Assembly (NCBI RefSeq): GCF_001194135.2
Contig: NC_068984.1
Coordinates: 19,945,635 to 20,009,634, forward strand
Length of the DNA stretch: 64,000 nt
Reading direction: 5' to 3'
Origin: Octopus bimaculoides
Lineage: Eukaryota
Position numbers and translations under genes: made by a program
Shown: piece by piece, positions 1 through 12,329 of the stretch
Layout of the letters: each line of letters starts with the position of its first letter
Position numbering within the stretch: the stretch's first letter is position 1
Notes under the pieces: model-generated
Told to the model about the DNA's origin: nothing
The model's database searches: none
Seen by the model: only the letters and a program-made list of their open reading frames with translations

Positions 1-420
1 TTGCATGGTCGGGTTGCCGGTGACTAAACTGGCACCCCCACCAGGCTACTCTGGTGAGGAGGGTTGTTAGAAACCCAGCAGGATTAAAAACAAGACCTGT
101 TGAAAGCTCGGATGGACCTAGTGCAGGCTCAATGGCTATCTAGCAATAGCACGGGTACGCAGAAATTCTGGGATGGTGTCCGGCGTGCTGAAAGACCACT
201 GGGAGTGAGGCGCCCCTCAGCTTTTGTTGAAGCATGTCTCTAGGAGAAGGTCACTCTGATATAAAACCAAATATGCAGGGAATGGCATTGGACATTTTAG
301 GGATCTTTGGTTTGTGCTAGAGATCACGGAGCTCCCACATCCCTGAGCCTGCAACTTATATCGGCACCAGACATCTTGCTCCGGCTTGTCTCTGGATAAT
401 GTCAATAAAGTGGAGAGGGT
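1..420 (+). mobile_element. Possible LINE (RTE-type) 5' UTR-like fragment
   Basis: GC-richer block with the motif GGAGAAGGTCACTCTGATATAAAACC, which resembles RTE 5' UTRs from memory. No coding frame. Confidence 0.3.
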
Positions 421-660
421 CTATGAGGTGTTGTGCAAGCCTCGTTGGACCTCCAGAGCATTATTAATAAGTATCCTGGTAAATCAAATAGGGTCACTGC
501 CAATCATTTACATGTATTGAAGTCAATGATTAGACATGCAGTACCTGAAGACATCCTGTACAAATCCTATGTTTGAGAAGAGCACCATTCTTGTCCAATA
601 AAATCCAAGAGAACCATGTGATCCAGTTGAAGCCTCCTTGAAGTCCCTGCTCTTATACAC

Positions 661-842
661 ACAAAGTTTCCATCATCTGTGATGATTTTGAGGGTTGTGA
701 ACAATGGGAGCTAGGTCATGCCCCCTCACTTTTTCCCTGCAAAGTCGTAAGGTCAATGCAGCAGCCTACACTAAGACAATGGAGACAGTTGTCAAGTCCT
801 CGATTGCGAAAGTTGTTCAGGGGAAGCCATATACATTCCATA
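661..842 (+). pseudogene. Tc1/mariner (DD37D/maT-like) transposase remnant
   Basis: Translates TKFPSSVMILRVVNNGS*VMPPHFFP, then after a frameshift KVNAAAYTKTMETVVKSSIAKVVQGKPYTF. This matches the segment between catalytic D1 and D2 of maT-type transposases. Contains stops and a frameshift. Confidence 0.8.
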
Positions 843-999
843 TTAACTATTGACAGCTCTCAAGAAATGATTTGTTGTTATGTTATTGTTGCTGCTGTTT
901 TTGGGGGGCTTAAGTCAGCCCTCATCAAACAAAGACCTGTGGACAAAGTCAGTCTAGGTATGGCCATTCATGTCTTTTATTTACAGTCATTTATTCGTT

Positions 1000-1345
1000 T
1001 CAGTCACTGGACTGTGACCATGCTAGGACTCTGCCTTAAAGAGTATAGTCTAACAAATTGACCCCAGTACTTGTTTTAAGTCTGTTCTATCAGTATCTGT
1101 TGCTGAACTGCTAAGTTACAGAGACATTAACAAACCAACATCAGTTGCCAACCAGTGGGGCAACACAGAAACAAAGTCTCACACATGCATATATATATAG
1201 ACACACACACACACAGACAAACAACATGCTTTCACACATACTCATAAGGCATTAATTGACCCAAAGCTACAGTAGAGAACAGTTGCCCAAAATGCTTTAC
1301 AGTAGGACTGAACCCTAAACCATGTAGTTTCTTAACCACAAAGCC
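1000..1345 (-). mobile_element. Decayed composite tRNA-derived SINE (family A)
   Basis: Homologous to the intact copy at 6148-6564, with CpGs converted (gctgaactgctaagttacagagacatt vs gccgaaccgctaagttacggggacgt). Confidence 0.75.
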
Positions 1346-1392
1346 ATGCCTGCACCAATAAGCCTATAATCTTATATCTAGGAATACATTAC

Positions 1393-1477
1393 CAATATAT
1401 CCATTTTTAGGGTACAGCCGGAGGGTAAGTTGGCTACAATTTCTAATAGTAATCTTGGAAAGTATTTAGTACATAAA
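1393..1477 (-). CDS. Candidate internal exon of an unidentified gene (xLCTKYFPRLLLEIVANLPSGCTLKMDIL)
   Basis: Acceptor tttttttacattatatttgtag, donor TTG|gtaatg. 85 nt, only one open frame (phase 2 in, 0 out). In phase with exon 2820-2866. Confidence 0.55.
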
Positions 1478-1574
1478 CTACAAATATAATGTAAAAAAAT
1501 AAACCAGCTTTTTTTATGAATATATTTATTATCACTGTCAATGTACATTGAATTATTCTTCCATTTCTTCTTAT

Positions 1575-1947
1575 CTCTTTAGCATTTAAACCAGCCATAT
1601 CTAGCCAAAATATTCTACCAGATTTCTATTCAAACAGGCCAGGTCTGGCCTCTTACATCTATCCTACAATGTCAATCATCATCATTATCATCGTTTAACA
1701 TCCGCTTTCCATGCTAGCATGGGTTGGACGATTTGACTGAGGACTGGTGAACCAGATGGCTGCACCAGGCTCCAATCTGATTTGGCAGAGTTTCTGCAGC
1801 TGGATGCCCTTCCTAACACCATGTCAATCTAAAGAATAAACAATCACATCATCAAATTCTTCAAGGTAAAAGATAATTTATGATTAATTACAAACAATGT
1901 GAATAAATAAGCATTACATATGACAAAGTAATCTGAATGCTAACGGA
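1575..1947. mobile_element. piggyBac-like MITE copy interrupted by a retroposon
   Basis: Reverse-orientation homolog of 3397-3616 (ctctttagcatt...aatgctaacgga), split by the 1678-1820 insertion. Confidence 0.75.
1678..1820 (-). mobile_element. 5'-truncated RTE-tail retroposon with 9-bp TSD
   Basis: (GAT)n tail on the minus strand, flanked by ATGTCAATC at 1669-1677 and 1821-1829. Confidence 0.85.
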
Positions 1948-2080
1948 TTATTCATCAGCTTGGGAACAATATTCCTCAGTGCATTGGCTGGTTCATACAA
2001 AGGTTTGTCAGAGTTGTTGTTTGTCTCCCAACAGCTGGATTGTTCCTTAGAGAGAAAGTGAAGCAGAATGCTTGTCTGTG

Positions 2081-2141
2081 TATGTATATGTGTGTTGGTA
2101 TGTGTGTGTGTGTGTGTATCTACACATTTATATACATACAT

Positions 2142-2190
<49 letters not shown>
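2081..2190. repeat. (TG)n/(CA)n microsatellites
   Basis: Directly visible. Confidence 0.95.
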
Positions 2191-2819
2191 TCAGATAGAT
2201 TGACAAACTGGATTCACAATCTAGATAAACAAAATCCGCCATATAATCAGATTAAAATGCAAGTCTTTTTCTAATTTTGCAGTTATCAAGAGATTCCAAT
2301 TTCTGCACCATTTTCTGTTGGTGTCAAACAGGAATGATGTCACCTGTGATAGTTTGTTTATTTGGTGACGGAACAAAACAAATTCTTATGCTCTCACCAC
2401 TATTTTTGCATCAGACTAATTTCCACCACCACCACCACCACCTCATTTTCTATTTCCAATTTTAATTAATTAAAGATTCTGCTACATCAAACCGTTTCAA
2501 AAAAATTGTCTCCCTTGCCTTTGTTTAGCTGATTTAAACATTGTTGAACAATGTTTACCTTTCTATGATATGAATAAACTCTGCATTAATTGAATAAAAT
2601 TTATACTCTCCATGATAAAGTGTGTTCTATACTATCTTTAAGTTACTGCCATTCATGACAGAACCATCATAAATTGGGACAATGTATCCATCGGAAACTG
2701 AAAGGTGGTCATTAAATGATGATGAAGATGGTCGACGTCATCGTCATCACCATCATCATCATTTAACGTCCATTTTTCTATACTGGCATGGGTTGTATCA
2801 TATTTGGTATAATATTTAC

Positions 2820-2866
2820 CAGTGCTCAGTCACTTTGAAATGTTGGCTGTCATCACATCCTTTAAA
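2820..2866 (-). CDS. Candidate 47-nt internal exon (FKGCDDSQHFKVTEH+TG)
   Basis: Acceptor ctgtcttatatcag, donor CTG|gtaaat. Phase 0 in and 2 out, which bridges 6945-7180 and 1393-1477 without a stop. Confidence 0.5.
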
Positions 2867-2915
2867 CTGATATAAGACAGTTTTCAAACAGTAATGATAA
2901 ACAAATGTATATACA

Positions 2916-3033
<118 letters not shown>

Positions 3034-3396
3034 TCCTCCCTCACCACTGGTGTGTTTACATCCCCATAACTTAGTTGTTCAGCAAAAGAGACTGACAGAA
3101 TAAGTACCAGACTTAAAATAGTAAGTACTGGTGCCGATTCATTCAAATAAAACCCTTCCAGGCAGTGCCCCAGTATGGCCACAGTCTAAAAACTGAAACA
3201 AGTAAAAGACAAAAGACAACAGATATACTCTGAAGTTATTTTGCAAACAGTTGACTTGTCCTTTTGCCCCCAGCCTGTGCTCTGTTTGCCTCCTATGGCA
3301 TGGGTCAAATATGCCATATTTGTGTTCTTGTACTCCTTTCCTGGTTTCAGTCATTAGACTACAGCCATGCTGGAGCATCATCATCAAGAGCTTTAA

Positions 3397-3616
3397 CCCT
3401 TTAGCATTCAAATTACTTTGTCAAATATAATGCTTATTCATTTACATTGTTTTGAATTAACCATACATTATCTCATAGCTTTGAAATTTCAATGATATAA
3501 TGGTTTAATTTTAGAATGACATTGTAGGATAGGTGTGACAGGTTGGATCAGGCTGGTTGGAAGATAAAACAGGTGAAATATTTGGGCTGGATATGGCCGG
3601 TTTAAATGCTAAAGGG
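3397..3616. mobile_element. piggyBac-like MITE (220 bp, TTAA TSD)
   Basis: TTAA|CCCTTTAGCATT...AATGCTAAAGGG|TTAA: 12-bp perfect TIRs and TTAA flanks. Confidence 0.85.
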
Positions 3617-3695
3617 TTAATTAATTATATCCACTGCAGCACTAAGCTCAAATCATTTATTTTTTTTACTTTATACAGGTTGAAAAAAATCATTA

Positions 3696-4161
3696 CCGTA
3701 AATCCTCGAGTATAGTCCACCCTTGAGTATAATACGCAGGGGATTTTTAGGGGGCTGTACCTCTGAAAAACCTAAACCTTGTGTATAATACGCACCCCTT
3801 CTCTAACTTGAGTCAAGGAGGTGTATATAACGTCCTTGGTTTGTAAACATATATACGGTAACGTCCTTTATTATTATTGTATATATAACATAATGCAAAT
3901 GTGTCGCTTTTTTTGTGCACTTTGTTTGCAGAAAATAAAGAAATAACAGTAATAACATCAGTGAAAAATAAATATAGCTTAAGGTATTTTCGCGCCCGAC
4001 ATCACAAAATGCGTCTGAATAAACATTGCCGGACAGCAAATAGCGACTCGGACATTGCTTAGAAAATATTTTTCATTTTTAACCTCGTATATAGTACGCA
4101 CTAGGGATTTTGACCTCTAAATTTTGGGGGAAAAATGCGGATTATACTCGAGGATTTACGG
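3696..4161. mobile_element. Tc2/pogo-like non-autonomous element (466 bp, TA TSD)
   Basis: TA|CCGTAAATCCTCGAGTATA...TATACTCGAGGATTTACGG|TA: 19-bp perfect TIRs. CCGTA ends resemble Tc2-type elements. Confidence 0.85.
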
Positions 4162-4394
4162 TATAAATTTTTGGATAAGAAAGATAACTCATGTCTAACT
4201 AAATGCCACAATGCATTTTGTTTGATGCACAACTTTTTGTTCATCCCATGTACATACATGCACACAACCACATACATGTGCGCGAGCACATGTGATGCTC
4301 CTTTGATAAACTGGCTCCCAGCATCCACTATCAACCTGGGGCTGTTGAGACATTTAAGAGAATATTTATTACTTTCTTTCCCTTCTTTACCATC

Positions 4395-5025
4395 ACCTTC
4401 CATCATCATCATCTCTGTTTGTTTGCAATTAACACCACCAAACAAACAAAACAAAAAACTACCATCGCCATCATCTCTGTGATGACCAACATCAACATCC
4501 TCATCATTGCCATCATCATCATCATCATCATCATCATCCCAACTATGCCAACCACTATCATCATTTTCATTACTCCAATTACAACCACCACCACTACTAT
4601 CACCATCTTCATCATCATCATCATCATCACCACAGCCGCCACCACTACCCCCACCACCACCATCATCATCATCATCATCATCATCTTCTTCCTCATATTA
4701 ACTAGTATTGCAACTGCACCAACCACCACCCTCTTTATTACCTGCTATCACCACCCTTTTCATCACCTACAACCCCCACACCACTACTGCCACATTAGCG
4801 CCATTATAACCATCAACATCATCGCTCTGTCAACACCATCATCATCACCAACAGCTCCACCTCCATCTTCACTGCTACCCACTAACCACTACTGTTGATG
4901 CCACAAGCACCACATTCAGCATCATCCTCATCAACATGGTTGCTATCATCACCATTATCATCACCACCGCAACTACCATCCATACTGCCACATACCCACC
5001 ATCTCTCTGACTCCTACCATGCCCC
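4395..5025. repeat. Degenerate (CAT/CAC/CAA)n trinucleotide array
   Basis: Directly visible. Explains the low-complexity ORFs here. Confidence 0.9.
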
Positions 5026-5054
5026 TAGTGGTATATCTATCTTTCCACTCCTTT

Positions 5055-5298
5055 GTGTATATATTTCTTATTTCTGTATTACCCACAAGGGGCTAAACAT
5101 AGAGGGGACAAACAAGGACAGACAAAGGGATTAAGTCAATTACATCGATTCCAGTGCATAACTGGTACTTATTTAATCGACTCCGAAAGGATGAAATGCT
5201 AAGTCGACCTCGGCGGAATTTGAACTCAGAATGCAAAGACAGATGAAATACCACTAAGCATTTCACCCGTGCTAACGTTTCTGCCAGCTCGCTGCCTT
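5055..5298 (-). mobile_element. tRNA-derived SINE family B (Meta-domain-like core), long-tail monomer
   Basis: Head ggcgagctggcagaaacgttagc, B-box-like gagttcaaattcc, core tcatcctttcggagtcgattaaataagtacc. Confidence 0.85.
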
Positions 5299-5819
5299 TG
5301 TGTATATGTTTCTATCAAAATACCTGTAAATAAGGAGCTTTACCTGTATTACTGTTTTAGTCCCTGACATGCCATCAGGCAAGACACGTATTTTGTCCAA
5401 CTCATTGTTTTTCCGAATTATAATGTATGTTTGTATGCTTGTATATGCGCAATTAAGAATTTTTCTGAATGTATCTGGGTATATGTCTGTACCATTTTAT
5501 GTATGTCCATATGCATCTATATGCTGCATGTGCGCATGTATATGTGTGCATGTGTGTATGTATGTATGTATGTATGTATGTCCTGCAATTTCTGAAGACA
5601 TGGCATGTAAGTTGAGAGATTTTGGTTGCTATTTCTAGCATATTGTGTGATCCTATACACAAACCATTGTTGATTCCTGAGTAGAATGTTGATGAAAGAT
5701 GCAACTACTGGATAGGACAATAAATGAACTGTTAGCATTTGGAAGAGCATCCAGCTGTGGAAAACATGCTAAAGACACTGGAGCATAATACAGCCCTGGG
5801 GCCCATCATTTCTTTTTAA

Positions 5820-6075
5820 GCCATCCAACCCATGCCAGCATAAAGGTGGTCATTAAATGATGATGATGATGATGGTCGTCATTGTCGCCATCATCATCAT
5901 CATTTAACGTCCATTTTCCATACTGGCATGGGCTGGACAGTTTGACTGAGAACTGGTAAGCCAGAAAGCTGCACCAGGTTCCCATCTGATTTGGCATGGT
6001 CTCTACAGCTGGATGCCCTTCCTAACTCCAACCACACCAAAAGATTAATGAGTGCTTTTTACATGCCACTGGTGA
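5820..6075. mobile_element. Tail-to-tail pair of RTE-tail retroposons
   Basis: cccatgccagc...aaatgatgatg followed by catcatcatttaacgtccattttccatactggcatggg. Confidence 0.7.
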
Positions 6076-6147
6076 TGATGATGATAACTTAATCCCTAAC
6101 TTGATAAACTGTAATAACTAAAATGTCGTTTTCTAAAAAAAATTATA

Positions 6148-6564
6148 CAGCAGGAGTGGCTGTGTGGTAGGTAGCTTGCTTCCCAACCACATGGTTCCGG
6201 GTTCAGTCCCACTGCGTGGCACCTTGGGCAAGTGTCTTCTACTATAGCCTCGGGCCGACCAAAGCCTTGTGAGTGGATTTGGTAGATGGAAACTGAAAGA
6301 AGCCCATCGTATATATGTATATATATATATACATATATGTATGTGTGTTTGTGGGTCTGTGTTTATCCCCCCAACATAGCTGGACAACCGATGCTGGTGT
6401 GTTTACGTCCCCGTAACTTAGCGGTTCGGCAAAAGAGTACGATAGAATAAGTACCAGACTTACAAAGAATAAGTCCTGGGGTTGATTTGCTTGACAAAAG
6501 GCGGTGCTCCAGCATGGCCACAGTCAAATGACTGAAACAAGTAAAGAATAAAGAGTAAAGAGTA
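6148..6564 (+). mobile_element. Young composite SINE family A (tRNA head, microsatellite linker, 3' module)
   Basis: A/B-box-like head (tggctgtgtgg, ggttcagtccc), (TA/TG) linker, 3' module ending actgaaacaagtaaaga. CpGs largely intact. Confidence 0.9.
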
Positions 6565-6596
6565 ACATACAATGTAGTTTTTGGTATCATATTTAT

Positions 6597-6643
6597 CAGT
6601 GCTCAGTCGCTTTGAAATGTTGGCTGTCATCACAGCCTTTAAA
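6597..6643 (-). pseudogene. Duplicate of the 2820-2866 exon with the GT donor replaced by AT
   Basis: 45 of 47 nt identical to 2820-2866 with the same acceptor. CACTG|ataaat reads CAC TGA (stop). Confidence 0.5.
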
Positions 6644-6944
6644 CTGATATAAGACAGTTTTCAAACAGCAATGATAAACAAATGTAAAACAACTGCTGAA
6701 TAATTTACCAAATTTCAAAACTAAATTCATTAAAAACAAAACCTGAAGAATTTGACATTTCATTTTCATCCTCAGATATTTAACAAATAAATGTCTACAG
6801 TGGAATTATTTCATACAAAATGAAATGCAAGATGTCAGTATTTTCTGCTTGACAATTCACTATTAATAATATCCATGAGCCAACTGCAGAGCCTCTACAT
6901 AGACACCTGGCTTGCTAAAAATAGCAACAAAATACTTTCAATAC

Positions 6945-7180
6945 CTGCCCACACAACCACTGCCCTAAGGTAAAGAGAAAGGAAGTAAACATTGGTAGCA
7001 TGGTTCTGGATACGCTGTTATCAAAATGCAACAGGGTGGTCATGGCTGAAATATTTTTTAGCATATATCTGCTCAACCAGGGCTGATATAGGTTGAGTGA
7101 GTGAACAATGAGCTCTTTACATATCACATAAAGGCAAGATATTGAGATGTGATGTCGATGCATGTCTCCAAGAACTTCAC
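6945..7180 (-). CDS. Candidate 236-nt internal exon (xEVLGDMHRHHISISCLYVICKELIVHSLNLYQPWLSRYMLKNISAMTTLLHFDNSVSRTMLPMFTSFLFTLGQWLCGQ)
   Basis: Longest unique-sequence open frame on the minus strand in the left half. Acceptor caattattcag|G, donor CAG|gtattg, phase 1 in and 0 out. Product not recognised. Confidence 0.55.
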
Positions 7181-7326
7181 CTGAATAATTGATGACCAAG
7201 TAAGGAAATCACTACATCATTGGCTCCCAAACAGTGTGCCACAATCACATCAGTGCCATGTCACACTGGTGTGCCACAAGCTGTAGCTAAGTGCAACATG
7301 AAAATAATAAAATTAAACTTATAAGT

Positions 7327-7484
7327 ACAGGTATGGCTGTGTGGTTAAGAAGCTTGCTTTGCAACTACATAGTTTCAAGTTCAATCCCACTGCACAGCAC
7401 TTCGGGCGAATGCCTTCTACTACAGACCAGGGTCAATCAATGTTTTGTGAGTGAATTTGGTAGATGGAAACTGTGTGAAAGCCC

Positions 7485-7529
<45 letters not shown>

Positions 7530-7746
7530 ATGCGTGTGTGCATGTATACCTTCACCATCACTTGACAAACCAGTGTTGGCTTTTCTTTTATGTTCCCATA
7601 ACTTAGCAGTTCAACAAATGAAACCAATAGAATAAGTACTAGACTTAAAAGAATAAATACTGGGGGTCAATTTGTTTGACAAACCCTTCAAGGCAGTGTT
7701 CCAGTATGGTCGCAGTTCATTAACTGAAACAAGTAAAAGATAAGAG
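7327..7746 (+). mobile_element. SINE family A, older CpG-decayed copy with (TG)n linker
   Basis: Collinear with 6148-6564. Confidence 0.85.
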
Positions 7747-7938
7747 GTAAGCTCTTCTGCTTAATAAACATACCCACTTCTTAGATGGCAGCTGAGTCAT
7801 GCATTTGTCTCTACTAAAACTTCTGTCTCGGTTTAAGAGGCCTAAAAGTAAACCTAACAAAGACTAAAAGTCTTAGCAAGAATAAATGCAGAACTCAGCC
7901 ATTAGGAAAGTAGCCTTTTTCAGTATACCAAATAGGCA

Positions 7939-8235
7939 CATCATCATCATCATCATTTTCCATGCTAGCATGGGTTGGATGATTTGACTGGGGACTGGCG
8001 AACCAGATGGCTACACCAGACTCCAATCTGATCTGGCAGAGTTTCTACAGCTGGATGCCCTTCCTAACACCAACCACTCCGAGAGTGTAGTGGGTGCTTT
8101 TTACATGCCACCGGCACGAGGGCCAGTCCAGTGGTACTGGCAACGACCACACTCAAATGATGTTTTTTACGTGCCACCTGCACAGGAGTCAGTCCAATGT
8201 TTTGTTCACATGCCACCGGCACGAGTGCCAGTAAG
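7939..8235 (-). mobile_element. RTE 3' UTR retroposon
   Basis: (CAT)n followed by tttccatgctagcatgggttggatg...ggatgcccttcctaacaccaacc, the same family as 1678-1820. Confidence 0.8.
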
Positions 8236-8259
8236 GCAACGAATTTTATAATGTATACC

Positions 8260-9255
8260 CAATATAAACTTTGGGTATGCATTATAGAATGGGTGTATAA
8301 GAGATACTGTGGGATCACACGTAAGATGATGATACAAAAGAAATTTGCATGTGCTGGATGCAAAAGAGTAATTTGCAATAAGAACTCTCATGAAATGGAT
8401 TCTTCCAAATAGCAAGAAAGCTCTCAAGAAATATTAGGCAGTTTTTGTTGCCTAGGTAACCTAATCAACAGTGGGAGAGGGTGTTCTAAAAGCATAATAG
8501 CCAGAGTAAGAATTAGGCGCTGAGCTGGCAGAAACGTTAGCACACCAGGCGAAATACTTAGCAGCATTTCGTCTGTCTTTACGTTCTGAGTTCAAATTCC
8601 GCCGAGGTCGACTTTCCTTTCGTCCTTTCGGGGTCGATAAATTAAGTACCAGTTACGCACTGGGGTCGATATAATCGACTTAATCCGTTTGTCTGTCCTT
8701 GTTTGTCCCCTCTATGTTTAGCCCCTTGTGGGCAATAAAAAATAAAAATGGGGGTTGAAATAAGGAGATAGTTCAGAGAGCTATTATCTCTACTGGCAAC
8801 AAAGGGGTTCTCTCTCCAAATGAAGGGCAGACTGTATGATGCTCGTGTGCAAGATGTGAGGCTGCATGATAACAATATATGGGCACTGCATGTAGAGGAT
8901 GTGTAAGCACTGGTTACAATTGAAGTAAGCCTGCCCCACTGGATGTGTACATGAACAATGAACACAAATACCAGAGGAAATCAAATGAGGTGTACAAGAG
9001 ATCTTGCAAAAATCACTCTAGTATGGAGATGTTATGTGTACAGAGGATGACAGTTGGATAAAGAAATGCCAAGCAATTCTAATAGAAGGAATCTGTAGAA
9101 AAATAACACTGAAGAAAGTATGGGCAAAAAGAACTGATGGCTGATCACAAGATGCTGATCTCATGAAAGAAATGACAAGGGACCACAATAAATGGTGAAA
9201 TGCTGTCTTGGAGAAAACCCATGAAACCATGGAAGAACACATCATCATCATCATT
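8260..9255 (+). mobile_element. Degraded RTE LINE ORF 3' fragment with a nested SINE B
   Basis: Translated pieces SFCCLGNLINSGRGCSKSIIARVRI and FRELLSLLATKGFSLQMKGRLYDA are collinear with the RTE fragment at 12378-12851. Confidence 0.8.
8516..8748 (+). mobile_element. SINE family B, long-tail monomer nested in RTE
   Basis: gagctggcagaaacgttagc...ccccttgtgggcaataaaa. Confidence 0.9.
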
Positions 9256-9411
9256 AAGGCAACAAGTTGGCAGGATTGTTAGCATGCAGGACAAAATGCC
9301 ACTAAGGTCAACTGTGCCTTTCATTCCTTTGAGGTCAATAAAATAAGTATCAGTTGAACATCGCCTCTTCTCCAGTTTCAGATTTAGTGCCTTTAGTAGA
9401 AATAATAATAA

Positions 9412-9707
9412 TAAAGAAGAAGAAGAAGAAGAAGAAGAAGAAGAAGAAGAAGAAGAAGAAGAAGAAGAAGAAGNNNNNNNNNNNNNNNNNNNNNNNNNNN
9501 NNNNNNNNNNNNNNNNNNNNNNNNNNNNNNNNNNNNNNNNNNNNNNNNNNNNNNNNNNNNNNNNNNNNNNNNNNNNNNNNNNNNNNNNNNNNNNNNNNNN
9601 NNNNNNNNNNNNNNNNNNNNNNNNNNNNNAGAAGAAGAAGAAGAAGAAGAAGAAGAAGAAGAAGAAGAAGAAGAAGAAGAAGAAGAAGAAGAAGAAGAAG
9701 AAGAAGA
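9412..9707. repeat. (AAG)n microsatellite spanning an N-gap
   Basis: Directly visible. Confidence 0.95.
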
Positions 9708-9954
9708 TGGTAAGTTGGCAGAACTGTTAGCATGCCAGACAAAATGCTTAGTGACTTTTCATCCATCTTTAAGTTCTGAGTTCAAGTTCTGCCAAGATTG
9801 ACTTTGTCCTCCATATTTTTGGGGATCAATGAAATAAGTACCAGTTTGAACACTTGGGTCAAATGTAATTTACTAGTCTCCCCTTTGCAAAATTTCAGGC
9901 CTTGTGCCTATAGCAGAAAGGATTCTTATTAATATTACTGATTAATATTATTGT

Positions 9955-10076
9955 TACTGATGATGATGATGATGATGATGATGATGACAACAATGATGAT
10001 GATGATGATGACAACAATGATGATGATGATGACAACAATGATGATGATGATGACAACNNNNNNNNNNATGACAACA

Positions 10077-10122
<46 letters not shown>

Positions 10123-10145
10123 CAACAACGATGAAAATGATGGAG
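9955..10145. repeat. (GAT)n/(CAA) compound microsatellite
   Basis: Directly visible. Confidence 0.95.
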
Positions 10146-10272
10146 AATAATGAAACAAGTGGAAAATACAAACTGAAATTCTAAATATAACAACTTGATA
10201 ATTGTACTTCATTAACTGGATTAATTAATTAATAATTTCAGCAGTTCAAATTATTTATCAGCTAAAATATAC

Positions 10273-10299
10273 CTCTTTTTCAAAACATCATCATTTGTT
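10273..10299 (-). CDS. Candidate 27-nt symmetric microexon (xTNDDVLKKx)
   Basis: Acceptor cttttttcgtttgcgttttag, donor GAG|gtatat. Only the phase-2 frame is open. Confidence 0.35.
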
Positions 10300-11864
10300 C
10301 TAAAACGCAAACGAAAAAAGCAATTTGGAGAAACCCTGTGTGGTCACTCAGCCTGCTAGAAGTAGCAATCGAATCTACATTAAACCATACGTTACTGTCT
10401 TAAAAATAAACAAATCATCTGAGGTGTACTATTCACAAAAATAAAACAGGTTGATCATGGTTTGAATGTCTCTATCTTAAGTCTTCTTGATCAGAACTGA
10501 CCTGGAATTAAATAACAACAACAGCAATTACATAAGTGAATTGAATTATCTAGAACAGGAAATCAAAGCAGGTTCTCAGACTTGGCAGAAATACTTTTCT
10601 ACTCTATTTTGCTTTTCTATTTATGGAAAGAATGTTTAAAAGATCACTTGTATATCAGAAAAGCAGAAACTTATCATATTATATTTAATTCAATATCTGT
10701 AAGAGCAGCAAGAGATTCACAGTTAAAATAATAAACTTGTGTCTTGATGTTTTTTTGTATTTGAGTTAGGTTCATAATCAAACTTAAGTATTTTACCATT
10801 CAGGTTTTGATAGAATATGTAGTATGTAACGGAAATACATAGACAACAAAATTTGATGAAGAAAGCAATGAAATTTATTCCTCCTTTTATCAGCCAGTTG
10901 TTGTGACTACTGTTTAGCCTAGGTTGGCTTTGATCAAGCAGACATCTGATCGAAAAATGTTCAAGATATGACTATTCCTTTTTTTATTTTTAAAACACAG
11001 TATATCTTCAGCTACATTACCCATTATCTGACATGTCCTTAAGACAGCAAGCTGGCAGAATCATTAGCATGCCATAGAAAATATATGGCAGCATTTTTTC
11101 CAGCTTTACATTCTAGTTCAAATTCCATCGTCGTTGAACTTGCTTTTCATCCTCTCATGGTCAGTGAAGTAAGTACCAGTTGAATACTGGGTCAATGTTA
11201 TCAGCTAACCACCCAGCCCAAAATTTCAAGCCTTGTACCCATAACAGAAAGAAATATCTAATATATCCTCCCTTGTTTGTTTGTAAAGATGATAAAGGCT
11301 CCCATTCTGGCCTGTTTTACTTATCTGTTGGTATTGACCTTTAGCCCCAGATCAAAACTGATTAAGCAGGCCTACAATAAAAAGTATTCTAATGATAACC
11401 AACCAATCTTTTTAGAGATGTAAAAAGACTACATCATCTAATGTGTCTTTTTATTATTTAAGACAACAGCTATAATTTCCAGGAGATTCAGTTGCTATTC
11501 GTACTAAATTTATTTCCTAGAACTGAGTACACTACAAGACACCCCAATTTTGACTTGAAACGTTTGGGGAAACAATTAAAAAATAAAATAAACTTAAAAA
11601 TAAGGTCTAAGCTCTTTCATAAACTTTACCGAGATATCTTGTTAGTGGCTTAGCAACATAATAGATCCTGTTGATTATGTATCGTCTGTACTGTGTCTTT
11701 CACTTTTACTGTAAAGAGACAGGGTAACTTTAGTATAAGATAACCTGTTTCTGGGATTAAAAGTGGATAATGAAAAATGTCATCTTCAAAATCTAGAGCA
11801 TGCACTATCAATTTTCAACACATTGTGAGGGAAAATATTCAGAGTCCTCAATGCACAGGCATGA

Positions 11865-12014
11865 ATGTGCAGTCAAGAAGCTCACTTTGCAACCATGTGG
11901 TTTTGGGTTCAGTCCCATTGTGCAGTACCTTGGGCAAGTGTCTTCTATTGTAGCCCTAGGCCAATCAATGCCTTGTGAGTGAATTTGGTAGATGAATTAC
12001 TGTGCAGAAGCATG

Positions 12015-12069
<55 letters not shown>

Positions 12070-12260
12070 CGTGTGTGTATGTCCACTACCACTTGACAAC
12101 CAGTATTGGTTTGTTTATATCCCCATAACTTAACAGCTCAGTAAAAACAAGACTGTTAGTAAAAGTACTGAACTTTAAGATAAGTACTGAGATCGATCTG
12201 TTTGATTTCAAGACAGTGCTCCAGCATGACCACAGTCCAATGACTGAAAGAAGCAAAAGA
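11865..12260 (+). mobile_element. SINE family A, decayed, (GT)n linker
   Basis: Collinear with 6148-6564. Confidence 0.8.
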
Positions 12261-12329
12261 CTGCTAGGAAATACAGTCTCTGCCAGCTGAAGCCAGTTAA
12301 TGATTTACAGGCTGTGACTTGTCATTCAA

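Noticed and set aside
4409-4898. ORFs of 106-159 aa rich in I/T/M/V/S
   Set aside because: They are translations of a degenerate CAT/CAC trinucleotide array.
11630-11708. Good-looking minus-strand acceptor/donor pair
   Set aside because: All three frames contain stops.
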